DNA of 64,000 nt, from contig OZ037766.1 in assembly GCA_964035545.1 (NCBI GenBank), positions 8,546,722 through 8,610,721 on the forward strand. The letters run 5' to 3'. This DNA is from Bugula neritina (taxonomy: Eukaryota; Animalia; Bryozoa). How positions within the stretch are numbered: position 1 is the stretch's first letter; every line of letters starts with the position of its first letter. The notes below the pieces were generated by a model. It ran no database searches, was not told the DNA's origin, and saw nothing but the letters and a program-made list of their open reading frames with translations. Shown one piece after another: positions 25,816-43,000 of this stretch. Made by a program: the position numbers and the translations under genes.

Positions 25816-28800
25816 ATGGCTGACCAGGATGGCGTTAGTGAAAGTAAAGATAATGATGAAATACAAGTGGCAAATTCAGAGTCGGGCTATCACTCAGCCG
25901 TATGTTTTGCATTGATTTGCATATGTAAACTGCTTTTTGGTGAGCAATCATGCTCTAGAGGTTGAAAGGCACTGGCTTAGAGTATCATTTGTTGTGCTAT
26001 GCTAGTGGATTTAACACTGGCAGAGCCAATGTTGATGGCAGGAAGAGTTTCTGGTCATAATTGCCACAGTGAATCACATGAGCTCTGTTGCCAGCATACC
26101 TTTAGCCTGTATGAAATCCCTTACCACTACAGGCTCTTTCAGGAATTCAAAGTTTAAATTCTTTCCTATTAATAGAAACATGTTTGATAAACTGACTCAA
26201 TAATCTATATCTAAAGATAGAATTACTAGTATGCTTGATTGACTAATCATTTTAAATTTTTTAGTGGGTTAATGTGCGAAGATTTATTCATTACAGATTC
26301 ACATAAGCTTTTCAATTGACATTTCTAGAAGAAAGTGTTTGTCTTGGGCTACATGCCTATTGACTGATGATGATTATTTCTGTAGGTTGGGATGGTGTTT
26401 GTATTCAATTTGATTGTTGGAACTGGTGCATTAGCCCTCCCCGGTACATTTCAGGATGCTGGCTGGCTGCTTAGCTTAATTCTTGTCTCTTGCATAGCTT
26501 TTTCCAGGTTTGTGCTTGAATACATGGTTCGATAAGATACAAAATTAAATGTTTTATAAATGTAGATGTTTATTCTATTATTATTCTCATTTCTAACACG
26601 AGGAAGAGGAAAATGTTAGAAGAAATTAATAAAAAATATGATTTTTTTTTCAATATTAAAAAAATGAATAGCTGTAAGTGGTTTTTCTCATCATGATAAT
26701 GTATTATAGAGTAGGCCCTAAGGAAACTTGTTACAAGCTCTAGTGCATATTTCAAGTCTTGGGTCAGGAAGGAGGAGAATAACTAATTGAGCAATCATAA
26801 ACCTGGTTATTCAGTGTACCACCAAATCATATAAATTTTATTCTAAATGCTTATAAACCCGTTATGATAGTTTGGAACAAACTTTTAATATTGTATTACA
26901 CGAGTTTATTAACCTAATGAGATTTGATAAAGATCTGGGAAGTTAGTTACGTACTTCCATTTGCCACTATTAATGCTCTAGGAAAGCTTTTTGCAAGTTT
27001 GTGGATCTTATGGCCTACAATCTTTGCACTACGTACTTGCCAACTACCTTGATGCTCACAAACCCTGTTCCTTCACTTACAATGTATCTACTGTTGTAGT
27101 TACATTACGGTGACGTACATACAAGAGTGCATGTCCTACTCCAACGCAATACTTGTTCATCAGCGACGCCCTGGTGTACTAAACTCTTCTCAAAATAGTT
27201 CACATAGTTCTGATGTCACTGAACAGAGTTATCTTCTCTCTCCTTCTGCTGCAAGTGGGTGCTACCTACATATAAATATATATTGTCCTCTAGTTGCGTA
27301 ATGTAATTTTCTGCTTTATTATTCTGTATATTATTGGTTGTGTAGTTTGTTCTAAATGTGTTAATTTTGTAGATGAAAACGATTTTGAAATTAGAGAGTG
27401 TGTTGAATTGGTGAGTTTTCAACTTGTGTCATTATCAGAAAATTTGCAAATTTTGTATCTATATCCTATAAAGAATATAAAGATATTTGGTTAATTCAAT
27501 AATAGATGCTATATTATGTTTTATAGTTTGTTTTTATTGTATCTGATTGTTTGTTGTTTGAATTTGTAGGGTAAAATGGTGCATCTCTTCTTCAATAAAA
27601 GTAAGTTAGTACTCAATTAGTGTTTATTGTGTAGTAAATGGGAATCTGGGTGTGATGGGACATGTTTTACAGCATATTATTTATTATATTATCCTATAAA
27701 TGCAGTTGCCACTTTTTAGTAAAACATTTTACTGTAGCACAAAGCACCCACCAGCATAATGCCAATGATGAGAGTGTGTGACCTTGAAGGCAGTTCACTG
27801 TTTAGCAGTTGATTTTGTAGTTATCTTCCTGCTATCTGGAATGAACAAATCACAGTCACTAAGCATGTGATGAGATTCAACTGTTTTAGTGTTTCTCTAT
27901 AGTTAGTTCAACACTTTTCTTGACCTTTTCATTATTGCAATACTATTGACCATTGTATTGATTACATATACTACTAGTTGAAGTGGTTATACATTTTATT
28001 TTCACTTTTCTTATTAAAGTTTTATTCTTGTCTTTGTAGTTGGAGTTGTGATATTCTACATTTGTATAGTGGTGTACTTGTATGGAGATTTAGCAATTTA
28101 TTCTGCTGCTGTACCTAAATCTCTTCGTGATGTCATATGGTAAGCTGGGTAGATATTAACATGCTCTTTAAAGTATCAGACAATAAACAGTTTTTACAAA
28201 TGAGCTGTTATTTGGTGTTTTTTTACTTGGCAATTTATACTTTTGTCAGTAGAATCAGTGTAAAGTTCATTGGTTTGAGTTATGGTGTTATGAGTTTATA
28301 TCATGCCATTTATTTGTCTTTGTGCATGTTATGATCTTCTTTATTAAAGCTTCATAGAAGGATAGTAAAACTATGTCCTGTTTTTATGCAAGGCTGCCTG
28401 GTTATATTTGTGTAATGTTAAAATTTGCAAAAATAAATGCACTTTCAGAGTAAATCAGTTTTAAAATACATTTTTTGTACGTAATAGTATGTCTTCGATT
28501 TTTTTCGTGAATTTGACTCTCTTATCGAAATATTGCGTCCAGTGAAGAAGATAATTGACAAATTATTGTCGATGAAATGTTTAAACAGTACAGCCAGCTA
28601 GAACTTCCTGTAAAGTTACAACATTGCTCCTTCGTTTTTGTTTTGTTCGAACAACTTAAAAATGCCTTTTTTGCTATTTTTATTAAGCCTTAAAAGATAA
28701 AATACTTGTAGAACTTTGTTTGCAATGTCTCATCTAGAACACAGGCTTTTTTTCAATTTCTTCATTACTGCACCCATCTTATCTTATGAATGTTATATTG

Positions 28801-31423
28801 GTGGTCTAAGCTCATGAATTAATTAAAAAACATATTTGCACGGGATTTAATACAAAGCCAGTGAGTTTAATGATATAACACTAAAATTTGATTCATTTTG
28901 CACTAGAGATATTTTTGCAATTTGTAACACTACATAATTTATCTAACTAAGCTAATTAGATTTTATTAGAGTTGGTCAAATAACTCCTCAAAAATATTGT
29001 AGCTATAGTGGGTCATATTTTTGAAAGCTTTTGGCATCTAGCTGTTTTCTAGATATGTTCTTAGTTTACATTGCTGAAGGGTTACTGAAAGTAAATTGTT
29101 TACTAGTTTAGAAATAAGGAATTTCATTTTACGTGAGTTTTTGTCATTTTTATAAATTTCATCTGTTTGTATATATATAACCATAATATAGATATTTATA
29201 TATACATATATTTCAATATTTGTGTTGTGGATTGGTGGGAGTTGTGTTGCTTGTATAAAATTTTGTAAATATCCTATTTAATGGTCTGTTGTTGATGTAT
29301 TTCAGTGTATATAAACCTGCTGACGCAAACTGTTCAATGGGATGGAATGATACATGGCTAACAGATGATACCCAGTGTTTTCCTGGAGTCACTACTATAA
29401 GCAGAATGTCGGCGTATAGACTTTGTGTTGCTTTGTTTGCTGTATGTTTGGGACCTTTCATGTTCTTCAACCTCAAGAAAACTATGGTGCTACAAATTAT
29501 TACCTCGATGATGCGGTGGTTTTGTAAGTCTACTAATGGTGTAAAAATATTCAGTTTTTGAATTCCGCCCAAGGTTCACACAAATACGTGCTTCTTTCAC
29601 CGGCTTTCCATGTACTGATCTCAGATCGATCTCAGCGAGATCGATCTATGGAAAGACGCCAAAGATTGATCTCCGTCGTTCTGAGCTGGTCGGTCTGTGG
29701 AGCTCGAACTCAGATCGAGCTCATGTCAATAAGACCATGGAAAGACGCCAGATCGATCTGAGAAGTAGAAAAAGACTGCTCGCTACAATGTTGTCTGCTA
29801 ATAAAAATGATAACTTGTTGATAATTACTAAGCAAAGTATTAAATAATTATGATAGCCACCTTTTCAGATGCCAAAACTTTGACTTTCAGTACAATGATT
29901 AAGAAAACTCAATTATATGCAGTAGAAGGTAAAAAAATTGGGAGAATTTAAATTGAATTTAAATGACTATTAAAACTTAGTTTCATTAGCTATTTTCTTT
30001 GTAATTTTAAGCCTAACAGTCCTGTAAGTGTAAGTTTATTAATAATCCACAAGACAGCCATTAATTTTATATAAGCTGTCAAGCAAAAAAATTAAAATTA
30101 ATTATTTTAAATTGGCCAAATTACCATACACTGAAAGCTTTGCTGCGTATAGTTTACAGCTGGGATTAAATTTTAGACTATGACCATCTTGTTTACAACA
30201 GTAGTAGCTATAATCACTCAAATAGGTGAACAAATTAGACTTTCAAAGTATCCTTCACTTAAGAGGAGGCAACTTCGCAAGATCGATCTGACATTCTCAT
30301 GGAAAAACGATCGATCTAAGCGAGATCGATCTGAGATCGGTACATGGAAAGCCCGTGTTTGTCTCTTAACTTACGTAACCACTATTGCTAGCAACATAAA
30401 CTATAATAGGCTGATATATTTGTTGATATCATTTGGCAAATGACATAATAAAATAAATGGATACTGTTGGTTGTGAAGTCTCATGGTGCATAGTTCTTTG
30501 AATTATTATATTTTTGCTACACCTTGTTATGGTATACACAGTAACATGGTGTAAGCCACGTTATACCACCAAGTTATAGTTAAACATTGTGTAAGTATAT
30601 TATAATATTTTGATGCACATATCTTGCTTATATTAATAATAAGTTTGATTGATTTGTAGCCTTTGGCACCATGATTGTACTTGCTATATATCAACTCTCA
30701 ACGAATGAACAAAAGCCTCAGCCTAAGATTGCAGATTTCGCTCAAGTACCCAACCTATTCGGTGTGTGTGTATACTCGTTTATGTGTCACCACTCTCTAC
30801 CTTCAATGATCACACCTATCAGAGACAAGAAGCGAGTTAGTTTATTGCTCCGTGTAGATTACTTACTTATTCTTGGTTTTTACATATTGCTGTCTTTGAC
30901 AGCAGTGTTTGCTTTTACCCACATTCCAGACCTCTATACCTTGACATTTGAGCCAAGTAAATGTCCAAATCCCGATAATCCAGCACCAGCTTTTTTCCAG
31001 TATTTTCTTGCACTATTTCCAGTTTTTACACTCAGTACTAGCTTTCCAATTATTGGTATTACTTTACGGAATAATCTACAAACACTTTTTTTGACGGATG
31101 GTAAAATCTATCCATTTTTAATTAGAAGGGTTTTATTTCCTCTATTAGTTCTTCTACCTCCTGTAGCAGTGGCTTTGGCTACTAATCAAGTTGACATCTT
31201 AGTGGGTATCACAGGGTCCTATGCTGGGTCAGCCATACAATATTTCATTCCTGTAGCATTAGTGTATTGTGGTAGAAAGGAAGTGCAGAAGAAGTTTGGC
31301 TCAGTCAACAATTACAGCCACACTTCACCTTTTAAACATGTAGCATGGCTCCTTGGTTTAATCATATGGGCTGTTGCTTGTGTGGTTTTTGTTACAGTCA
31401 AACATGTAACTACTGGTCAGTAG
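25816..31423 (+). CDS. TMEM104: Transmembrane protein 104 (SLC38/AAAP-like transporter), 503 aa
   Basis: Exons 25816-25899, 26386-26507, 27100-27254, 27373-27410, 27570-27600, 28040-28139, 29306-29523, 30660-31423 sum to 1512 nt. Motifs FNLIVGTGAL, YLYGDLAIY, NLFGVCVYSFMCHHSLPS, LFPVFTLSTSFPII, LVGITGSYAG. Confidence 0.93.
25957..26143 (+). mobile_element. tRNA-derived SINE copy 2 (degenerate, TMEM104 intron)
   Basis: GCACTGGCTTAG head remnant and core GGCAGGAAGAGTTTCTGGTCATAATTGCC similar to the other copies. Confidence 0.5.
29598..30357. mobile_element. MITE / non-autonomous DNA transposon in a TMEM104 intron
   Basis: TIRs CACCGGCTTTCCATGTACTGATCTCAGATCGATCTC and GAGATCGATCTGAGATCGGTACATGGAAAGCCCGTG; flanked by TTT on both sides (possible 3-bp TSD); many subterminal AGATCGATCT palindromes; AT-rich non-coding interior. 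Confidence 0.85.
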
Positions 31424-32680
31424 GGCTCTACAACTTCTAATTTGGTCAACATACAGTTCTACACAGCCTCTACGCATATATTTTTGGGCATATCTGCTGA
31501 ATTCAATGCATGATATAGTATTAACCAGAAATAAAAGCTAAGTGTTTTGTTTTGTCACTTGAGTATTTCTCATTTGCTATCAACCTTTGCATTATGTACT
31601 GGAAAATGGCTTCATAGTTAAATAACTTATGTTGCAAGGAGTAACCTTGTATTAGGTATACAGTTTTCATTCTTAGGTTCTTTTTAAATCAAGTCATGAC
31701 TTTCAAGTCTTCTAGGTAAAGAGTCAATATTCACATATTATGAGGAACTAATTGATGTTTTGACATATCATTTGCCAACCGCTACTTTTCTGTATACATC
31801 TTAAAACTTTATTTTAAATGCTATTTTGACTGGTGCTGGTATTTTTATTCTAATCATAACAATATTCTGCAACTTTTATATTTGTATGCTTAACTGTTGC
31901 ATGATTTTTTATTTTTAATAATATTTTATTTAATAGAGAAATTTTATATTTGAATGACTATCATTTCCATCATAATTTATAAACAATTTTATGCATCATG
32001 AAATTCTTTTGAGTCAGAAGCTTTTCAGACATGTTCGTAAATATTTGTTACTATTTATGTATCGTAATCATAATAAATATTTAACAGGCATAAGAAAATT
32101 TGTTCCCTTTGTTTATTAATTAAGTGTTCCCTTCCTAATTCTAATGTTTTTTCTTATACAAAGTTATAATTACTTGATACCACAAAATTAGCTATTAATT
32201 GTGAGTCACTTACTTGAGTTCCTCTGTTAATACAAAATCTTCAGGTCATTAAGAAAAAAGATTTGGTTTTATTGGGAAGTAAATCTTCCTTCACTTAAAT
32301 GATTTTGTGTATGCATTTATTTGTTAGAAGGAAGTTTCAATCAATCACAAAACACCACTTTCATTGTCAGAAAAATACATTTAAACAATGTAATATCTTC
32401 ATGAGAAGTGCATTGAAGACATATATGCAAAGCTGCTAAGAGGAACTATTATTGAAATGAGACTAGCCATGGGCTGTAAGTCTAATTGTCACAAAGGCAT
32501 ATAATATGTAGGTTGTGCCTAGCTGATATAATTAGCATGCCACCGGTTTCTTTCTAACCCATCCCTTGCTAATTTATTTAAAAGTATTCATAAATAGATT
32601 ACATTTTGTTTTGTATGTATATACTTTTCCCTCCTTAATTCTATACATGCACTCTATCAGAACTTCTCTCAGTTGTCAAC

Positions 32681-35050
<2,370 letters not shown>

Positions 35051-36629
35051 ACTAAACAGCATGCATAATAAATGATTAGACTATTATATATTTACCTGGT
35101 TTATTTGCATGTAAATGTCAATAATTGTATATGTACTTAATCTTGTAGGCTATAGTGCACTGCTGACATAAGCTTTTACTAAAATAAAACATACATTTTA
35201 TTTTTTCAATTTTATGGTCTATATTATAGATGCCAGCAATGGCATTGCATGATCGATGTTATATGTCTGTATGAACTCACAAATGCTTATCTGTTAATGT
35301 TGCTTTTTGTATAATTCCAATCCCAATGACTAAATTTTCAGTTTTCTACTTACCAAAAAACTATGCCTTAGCTCACGTAGCTTTTATAGCGCTTTGGAAC
35401 TGCTAAAATTGAGTAAACTGCAGGTTGTGTATATAGTTATTTATTGGTATGATCATACCAAGTAGACCTTGCAAAAGCTTTTAGTGATTTTTTTGTTAAT
35501 TAATAAATAATGATCTATTAGAAGGGTGTAGTACCTTCTTCCTACCAGTTTCCCATGATCTGTAAACAGAGATGTTTATCTACAAGTTAAATATCCATAA
35601 GTGCACATTATCTTCTAGAGCTTTATAAGCCAATTGTGGCTCCAACTATCCTCCTTTGAATGACCAACTGCCATTACGGCACAAGCAATAGCTAGATGCA
35701 GCACAACCCTTGGGGTTTGAGATTTAGCAATAATTCGTAAACTATCACTGTATACTGAACTCAGTGACCCAAGCTCTGTGCTGCACCTAGTAATTTCTAA
35801 TTCATACTGAGGATAGCTACCTTCATCTTTGGCTTAGTCAGAAAATTTGGGTAAAAAAGGATAACACCAGATGAAATACTATAAATGTTGAAAATGAGTA
35901 TTCTTCATTTTGTCTAATTCTCAAATTTGGTTTTTCTATAACTGGTATAAAATTGCAATAGCTTTGACTACAAATAGTATACATAACTTGAAACTGTTTC
36001 TTATTATTTATTGCTATACAATAAAAATTCTCACACTGTGGAAGATGAAGTGCAAATTCTAGATTTACAACAGTGTGGCAAAAAGGGACAGTTTGTAACA
36101 CTGCTGCCTCAGTCAATGCTATAAACATACATGTAAGTCATCTTTGACCAGCCCAGTGCTACCTGGATGGTTTTCTCAAGCCAGTATAATATATTGTCAT
36201 AGAGATATAAACTGAACAGTCACCAGCCAACGAAGCTCTACCAACTAAAGCTCTGCAAATTAAGCTTTTTAAAGAGTTCAAGTATGATGTAGAATTGTCT
36301 CCTCTGTCACGATAGTTTTAGCAGCGTTAGGATGATGTGTTATTTATCCCCTATTAGCAAGCTACAAGTACGCTGTGCATTTTTTCTTAAGTTATAAAAT
36401 AATGTAATAAAATATTGTCATTATTATTATTAACAATTTTTTTAAATTAGTATTTTTAAATTATTGTATGCTTTTGCAGTGTTGTTTATCGGATAATTAT
36501 AACACTTTCCTTGTTTCTTGTATCGCTGTTGTAGTGCCCTGCAGAGTGCAGAGTTCCCTTTTAAGTTAAAACCCTTTCTTTGCCTTTGGAGTTTGGTGCC
36601 TCGACGCTTGCAGCTAGTTTTACATAACC

Positions 36630-37205
36630 AGTATGATTATTATGAGTACTAGATTTAATAAACAGCTCAAGTAAATCAAAGACTGGAGAAGCATTTATAT
36701 AAACTGGCAAGCTTTAACTAGTACTACTGCATATTGATATTTTAATCGGGTAAATTGAAGACTTGGCACTGGCAGTTTCAGTTTGAGTTTTTGTTTTGCT
36801 TGGCTAAGGCTAAACTTAATAGTAATTGTAATACTAATAGTGATAGTAGTATTGATAGTGATAGTGGTGCTGATAGTGATAGTATAAGTAATTTACTAAT
36901 TAGTAATTAGTCGTTGAATTAAATTTAATGCTAGAATTAAATTAAAATTTTATCATTAAATTGAATTATTAATGCTTATGATCAAATATGATTAAAATTA
37001 TTTGCTTGTAGTTCTCTTATAGTTATTATCATTAAACACGGCTAAGCCTATTGTCAATGATTATCATTATAATAATCATAATGTTTATTTTATCCAAGTA
37101 TATAGTTATACAATATAATTTTATTGTAAACATAATACATTAAATCTAATACGTATCGGTATACTAATAGTATTAGTAATCGTAATAACCCTAATGATAA
37201 TTACC
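36630..37205. repeat. Drifting-hexamer tract T4 (continues at ~38780-38850 beyond the LINE remnant)
   Basis: ggcact ggcagt ttcagt ttgagt; (TGATAG)n; TAATAG/TAATAC units; follows the CpG-retaining segment at ~36300-36620. Confidence 0.7.
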
Positions 37206-38770
37206 ATGCTTAACATTTTAAACGTTTAGGCAGAAGTCTATGGGCGTGGCTATCCCTATTGCCTTTGGTTTTGAATACCTTTGACAATTAAAATATGGAA
37301 CACCCAGGAACACTTATGGTTATTGGAATGCCTCATTTGGTTTACAGTGTGAAATTTGTTTGACTATAGATTAAGTGGATGTTGTGTTAAATTGTTAATC
37401 TAAGTTCGCTCTGGTGTCTCTTTTGGTTCTTGGTAAGAAACTACCATGATTAACTAGTAAGGTTTCGTGTACAGATGTTGATTCACTGCAAGCAGCAGAC
37501 CTAGTGGTTATTAACATATTTTGGCAGTCTTTTGTAATTTTATCATAGGTTATTGCAAGTGTTGAGTGCTGTTCTTCTTGCAAGATTTTCATAAAAAGAT
37601 TTAGTCAATGGTTTTTGCACCTCTGTTTGAGAAGCTGAATGCCAAGCTCGGACCATGCCTTCATGATACTCTCCCATCCCCTTAATCCAGCAATAAAGTT
37701 AACAGTCCTGTGCTGTATCAGTTCTAAGGGCTTGATGTCTTTGGCTAATGTTGCAGCCCCTACACTTCTACAGTGTCTGCATATTCTAGTATGGGGTGGC
37801 GAAACTAGTATAAACCAGTAGTCTACCTACTTTGGGAGCCTCATGCGGAATGTGTTTACGTGCTCCAAGAATTTTTGTACCGTCATCATTTTTTAGTTTA
37901 ATATGCTGATCAGATTTAAGGTTTGGCTACATTTTCACACTCGGGTATGTTGCTGTGTTGACTCAATTCATCTTAACTTCTCCTAGCTTATATAGAAGTC
38001 TGTACTTTTCAGCTATAACTTTGCATTTATTTTTGCTGAAAGGCATTTTCCAGTCAACTGATCATTTTTGTATGTCATTGATGTTGTCCTGAAACCTCAC
38101 AGCATCTTTTTTTGTATGAACAGCCTGATACAGTAATATATTATCATCATATACGCTTACACTGAAGTTTAATGTTGGTAGGAGATCGGTAATGTATATT
38201 AAAAATAGTGTTGGGCCCAGGACTGAGCCTTGTGGTACACCTGAAGTTGCCTCTAATTCTGAAGAAGATTGACCTTCGTAAACTGCTTTTTGCCTTCTAT
38301 AGGTCAGAATATCTTGAATCCAATTTGCCAGTTGTGAGTGTATAGCTGGTATTAAAGGCAGTTTTTGTATTAGAAGGGCATGAGGCACCTTGTCAAAGAC
38401 TTCTTGAAGTCAAGTGCTGCAATTTATGCCTGTGTGTTGTTTTTGTTGCTTGCTTAGTCTTTGCTAGCTAATGGTATGTGACGCAGAGTTGCATTTCGCA
38501 AGATATACCATGTTGTCTGAATTCATTCAGCTTTTGGTTCATATAATGTAGTATAATGTGCTCCCATCATTTTGTATAGGATACTGGTAAGTGATTTGTG
38601 ACGATAATTACTTGCTGCCTGTTTATCTCGGCCTTTGTGTACTGGGGTAACATATACCAGCTTCCACGGGATAGGTAACTTTCCAGAATCAATGAAGGCT
38701 TGGAATATGTTATTTAGGCACGCAGCCGATATTATTCCATCAACAAGTAAATCCAGTTTGTGATTCTATC
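37205..38770 (-). mobile_element. 5'-truncated, frameshifted CR1/L2-group LINE related to the intact element
   Basis: Broken RT: NWIQDIL..RRQK, SGVPQGSVLGPTLFLIYI, degenerate YDDN; C-terminal KILQEEQHSTLA...NHGSFLPRTKRD parallels RILQSEATHSTLA...YHQSFLPRTIRD of the intact ORF2. Confidence 0.88.
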
Positions 38771-40039
38771 ATATAAAAGTAGTATTACAATTATTAGTGA
38801 TACTATTACATTCCAGGGGTATAGTTTAGACACTCTAGAGTCTAGAGCTTATAAGTATATCAAATTAAATATTTAATTTTATTTTGATGTTTTATTTATT
38901 TATATTTAAAAAAAGTGCAAGGTTTACTTGAGCATTCTTATTTTAATTTTATAAACCTTAACATGCGTTTAAAAGGGTTGGCAAAATCAATTTATTTTGA
39001 CACTGATAAAAAACATTTGCTTTTAACTTATATTCCAGCAATAACTATTATTAATACTATTGTTGAGCTACAAGCTGATAACTAGCAATTTAGTTCATAA
39101 AGGAAATTTGAACTAAACCCAGCAACCATTTTACGGGTTTACCATCATCGCTATGTACAAGAATTATAATAAATGCCTTTTCTGTGTATTTGGTAAAATT
39201 TGACATATTTTTATGTCCTATGTAATTGGCTACACAGTTCTTCTCTGAGGATTTAGGTGTGGTAGGTAGTACATTGTGTTGAAAGTTGAAAGGGTGTTTT
39301 ATCTTTGACTAAAAATGTATTTTCAAAATACGAAATGCTTCTAGTAAATCTTTTTAGTTTTTAAACTGTTTGACCAAATCAACATTTTAAAGCATATACT
39401 TTTATTTTATATCAATACAGGGCTGATATATTAAATACAAAAATGTTACATATGGTTTATATTGTATGTTTTTGCCTTTGATAGTCTACTGGCAAGTTTT
39501 TTATTCTCTATAAAATAAAATCAACATGAAAGTTCACAAAGATTCAATAATTATATGTTTTTGAGTATAAATAATTGTTATATATTAATGAGATTTGATG
39601 TTCATTATGGCGTTCATATAACAATGTGAAAAACTGATTACTTTTAGGTAGTGTACAATTGTTAATGGCGCTCAAACAGGATAGTATCAGCACGATGAAT
39701 AGCTTGTAGGCCTAATGGAATTTTGTGCCCAGGCTTGTCAAATTGCTGCCACATTACTCAATATACAACATGCAGCCACAAAAGAGCTTATGTGAGCTCT
39801 TATTTCCGAAATGTATCATGAAAAAAGCTGGTTGCATGATTTGTTTAAATATTAAACTGTGAGATATTATTTAAGAACATAAAAAGAAAGCTTAATGGCA
39901 TTTTCAAATTTTGCATAAATTTTGAAGCTCTAAAATCCTTACGTGACTGTATTTGTTAGAAAAAGCAACTCTAAATGGAAAAAAAACTAAAGGAAATACC
40001 TGTATTATTTTTCGTTATGTGGTTTTGTTGCAGGTTATA

Positions 40040-43000
40040 ATGTCTGAAAACAAACCAAATCGAAGCAAAGATAATACAAAGTCATGTAAAAACTTTTTGG
40101 AGACTTTAATTCGCCTGTCTATTCAAAAATCCCAAGAAACTCTAGATAACATCAAAGGATTAATACTAGGGCTATTGGTAGGTAACTCACGCATTTGCTT
40201 GGCACAGATGGCAACCTCTTTGTCACCATACCACTAAAAGTTTCTGAAACTTATAACAGGCAAATTTTGACAGTGTTCGGACAGGTAAAAAACAAAACTT
40301 GACTATTTTATTAGTCAAGCAATCGTATCTGAGGTGCTCACGATTTTGATTTCTTTACAAAGCTAAATTTGCAACGAAACTTACCAGATAAAGCTATTTT
40401 TTCTTCCTCTTTGACATCTAAGGCGGCTTATTTCAGAAAATTTTCAAAATGTTTTGGGAAACTATGTGTCATCTGTATCAAGCAATACTTGATATTTTGT
40501 ATCTCCAAAGGCTGCTTTTAGGTGACTCACTTGTTCTCTACATTCTTTTAATTTGCTTACCTTTTATCTGCAGAAAAGCAGCAACTAGCAATAAGTAGAG
40601 TTGCATTAGCTCACCCATAGATTCGTATTTAGCAGTTTCTTACTTAAAGCCTGAAATATAATGGTATTGGCAGTTGTAAAGTAAAAGTGATTTAATGTTA
40701 TAATCCATGTATGGCCAACAGCACACAAACTGAAAGGTGTAAGATTTAGTTCAGGGGCATATGTTTTCTAGTGATGTTGGTACTCAAAAACTGATGTTTA
40801 TATTCAGATTACAATGTTACATACTGTAGTGCTGTTGACTAATCTTAATTATGAGTATTGTTTTTTGTATTAGCCTTTTAAAATCTTAATTGTGAGTATT
40901 ATTATTTGTATTAGCTTTTTAAAACAACAACCATCAGGTATAAATTGTATTAGTGTGAGAAGGCAATACCTATGAGGTTCTCCCTCCAGTCGATGAGAGT
41001 TTACTCGAATATTTGTTTTGTTCTATGAGCGTATATGTAGCGTCACTATACTGTTTTACTACTAAATTGTCATCTGTTGCAGGAAGGCACTGTGCAACCT
41101 GATATTTTCACCATTCGTCTTCAAAAAGAACTCGATGCTCAACGACAGCCTGGTCTTGCAGCTTTTCTTAAGGTATTTGCCTGAAATGGTGTATTTAAAA
41201 ATATAGCTGCTCATGTATCATGTTCTATAACTTTATCAATTGTAGTTTAGCATTTGTGTTACAGCAGTATTTTTAGGAAACCAGTTATGGTATTGGGATT
41301 ATTCCATTTTTCTAGAATAATTTGGTTATTTTCAAAATGATCTGTTTTGGATTTTTACTTGAGTTGTTCATACTGAATATTGCCATTTGATTTTCTCATT
41401 TAATATAATTGTAGCAATAATACTTCTATATACTTGTTTGATCCGATGCTTTACTAAAGTAAAAATGATTTATGTTGATGTTGCTATAAATTTATTTTTA
41501 TTATTCATATTTTGTTTATAAAAGGATTAATTGTTGTATTTTGTTTTGTAGAAAAGTTTACCAGATTTGCGGTTAGCAATTAGTCGGAATGAGTTGAGTA
41601 TTGATGGTTTAAATCGTCCAAACATACAGATACCTGTCTCTAGTCTTCGAAGCAACGTGATGCAGCCTATGGTTAGGGTATGTGTTCTCTAAGGTATTCA
41701 TAGTGTTTGCAATAGTGCAAGCATTTCAAATATACTCACAACAGTTGATCTGCATTTCTCTTTTTTCTTTAATGTCTCTACTTATATTTAACTGAGCTAA
41801 ACAGATCTCCTTACGATGTTTTGCATACTTTATGCAAATTTCAACATAAAATTATAAGTTTTCTTATATCTTTATATGAGCTCCTTAGCAAAATCCTGCT
41901 CAACTTTTATTGATATTAATTGTGAATTTTCAACCTTGATAATACTAAATAAATAAACAGAAACGCAGTATTGTAGTAGTAATAAAAATCTAAACATCAA
42001 ATTGATGTTGTATGAGAATTCTTTGAGTTGCTAGCTGCTTTGATTAACTGTGGCATAGCTGAGCATTTATTAGCTACAAAAGCTGAAAATTAAAACATTT
42101 CTGACTCTAATTTTAGTTGTAAACTAAACCTATCGTAGATCACTCTGTCGTTTATGAATATTATGGGCCATTTTCTTTGACTGTACAACTACTTTCAGCT
42201 TTTTTTTCATGAAATTGTAAAATACAAATTGCTAAGCTGGAGAAAATTCATCAAAATATCTAATAACTTTGGTAACTCTCTGAATCCATTGTCTCTCAAT
42301 ATGCCCTTGAAGTTATATCAATAAGGAAGCACCAGTTTGTCACAAACACTCTTCGTTTTACAAATTAATATTCAATCCTTGCCTTACATAACATGTATTT
42401 AAATATTACAATTACCCTGATCAATTCTGAAGGCATAAGGCTATTGCACAATAAAACATAGGAGTACATTGACAATGAATTATGTATGTAGGAAATATGT
42501 ATGCCTGTGTCGATATTTTTAGTATGTACATTGATACATTGATAAACTAAACTATTTTTTTTCTATAAAACTACAGTTCACTTCTAAGGTTCGCTATTTT
42601 GGGACTTTAAGGAAAACAAACATTAGAGGTTGAAAATAGAATATTACTGGCTTGAAATTTCTAGAAGCAATGCTTGTATATTTTATTATTTTAGTTTTAC
42701 CTATCTGAAGTTTTGTAAAACCAACTTGAGACCTACGCTAATCCAAGAACAGCTTGTTAGCACACAAATGATAATTTGCTGGTTTGAATTGTGCTGCAAG
42801 AATACAATTGTGATACTCACAACATATGCAATAGTCATATGAGCTGAGGTGCTGATGTAATGTATTACAGTATATTATTGATGACATTATGCTAAACATT
42901 CATCTCAAGATTTTATTTAGTAGTTTTTTTAAATAGATCTAACCTAATAATGACATGCAATAAAACCTGCACTAATTATTTTTAGAAGTATGCATTTTGC

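Noticed and set aside
35520-35790. Possible minus-strand SINE copy
   Set aside because: Only weak similarity to the SINE core; not supportable without alignment.
40841-40924. Two-copy ~40-bp tandem duplication (and a 14-bp duplication near 46888-46916)
   Set aside because: Ordinary local intronic duplications without spacers; not CRISPR-like.
40040-41677. Interpretation as the genuine TAF4 gene
   Set aside because: No long N-terminal low-complexity region and no downstream histone-fold/CCTD exons were found; the next compatible exons lead into a RING.
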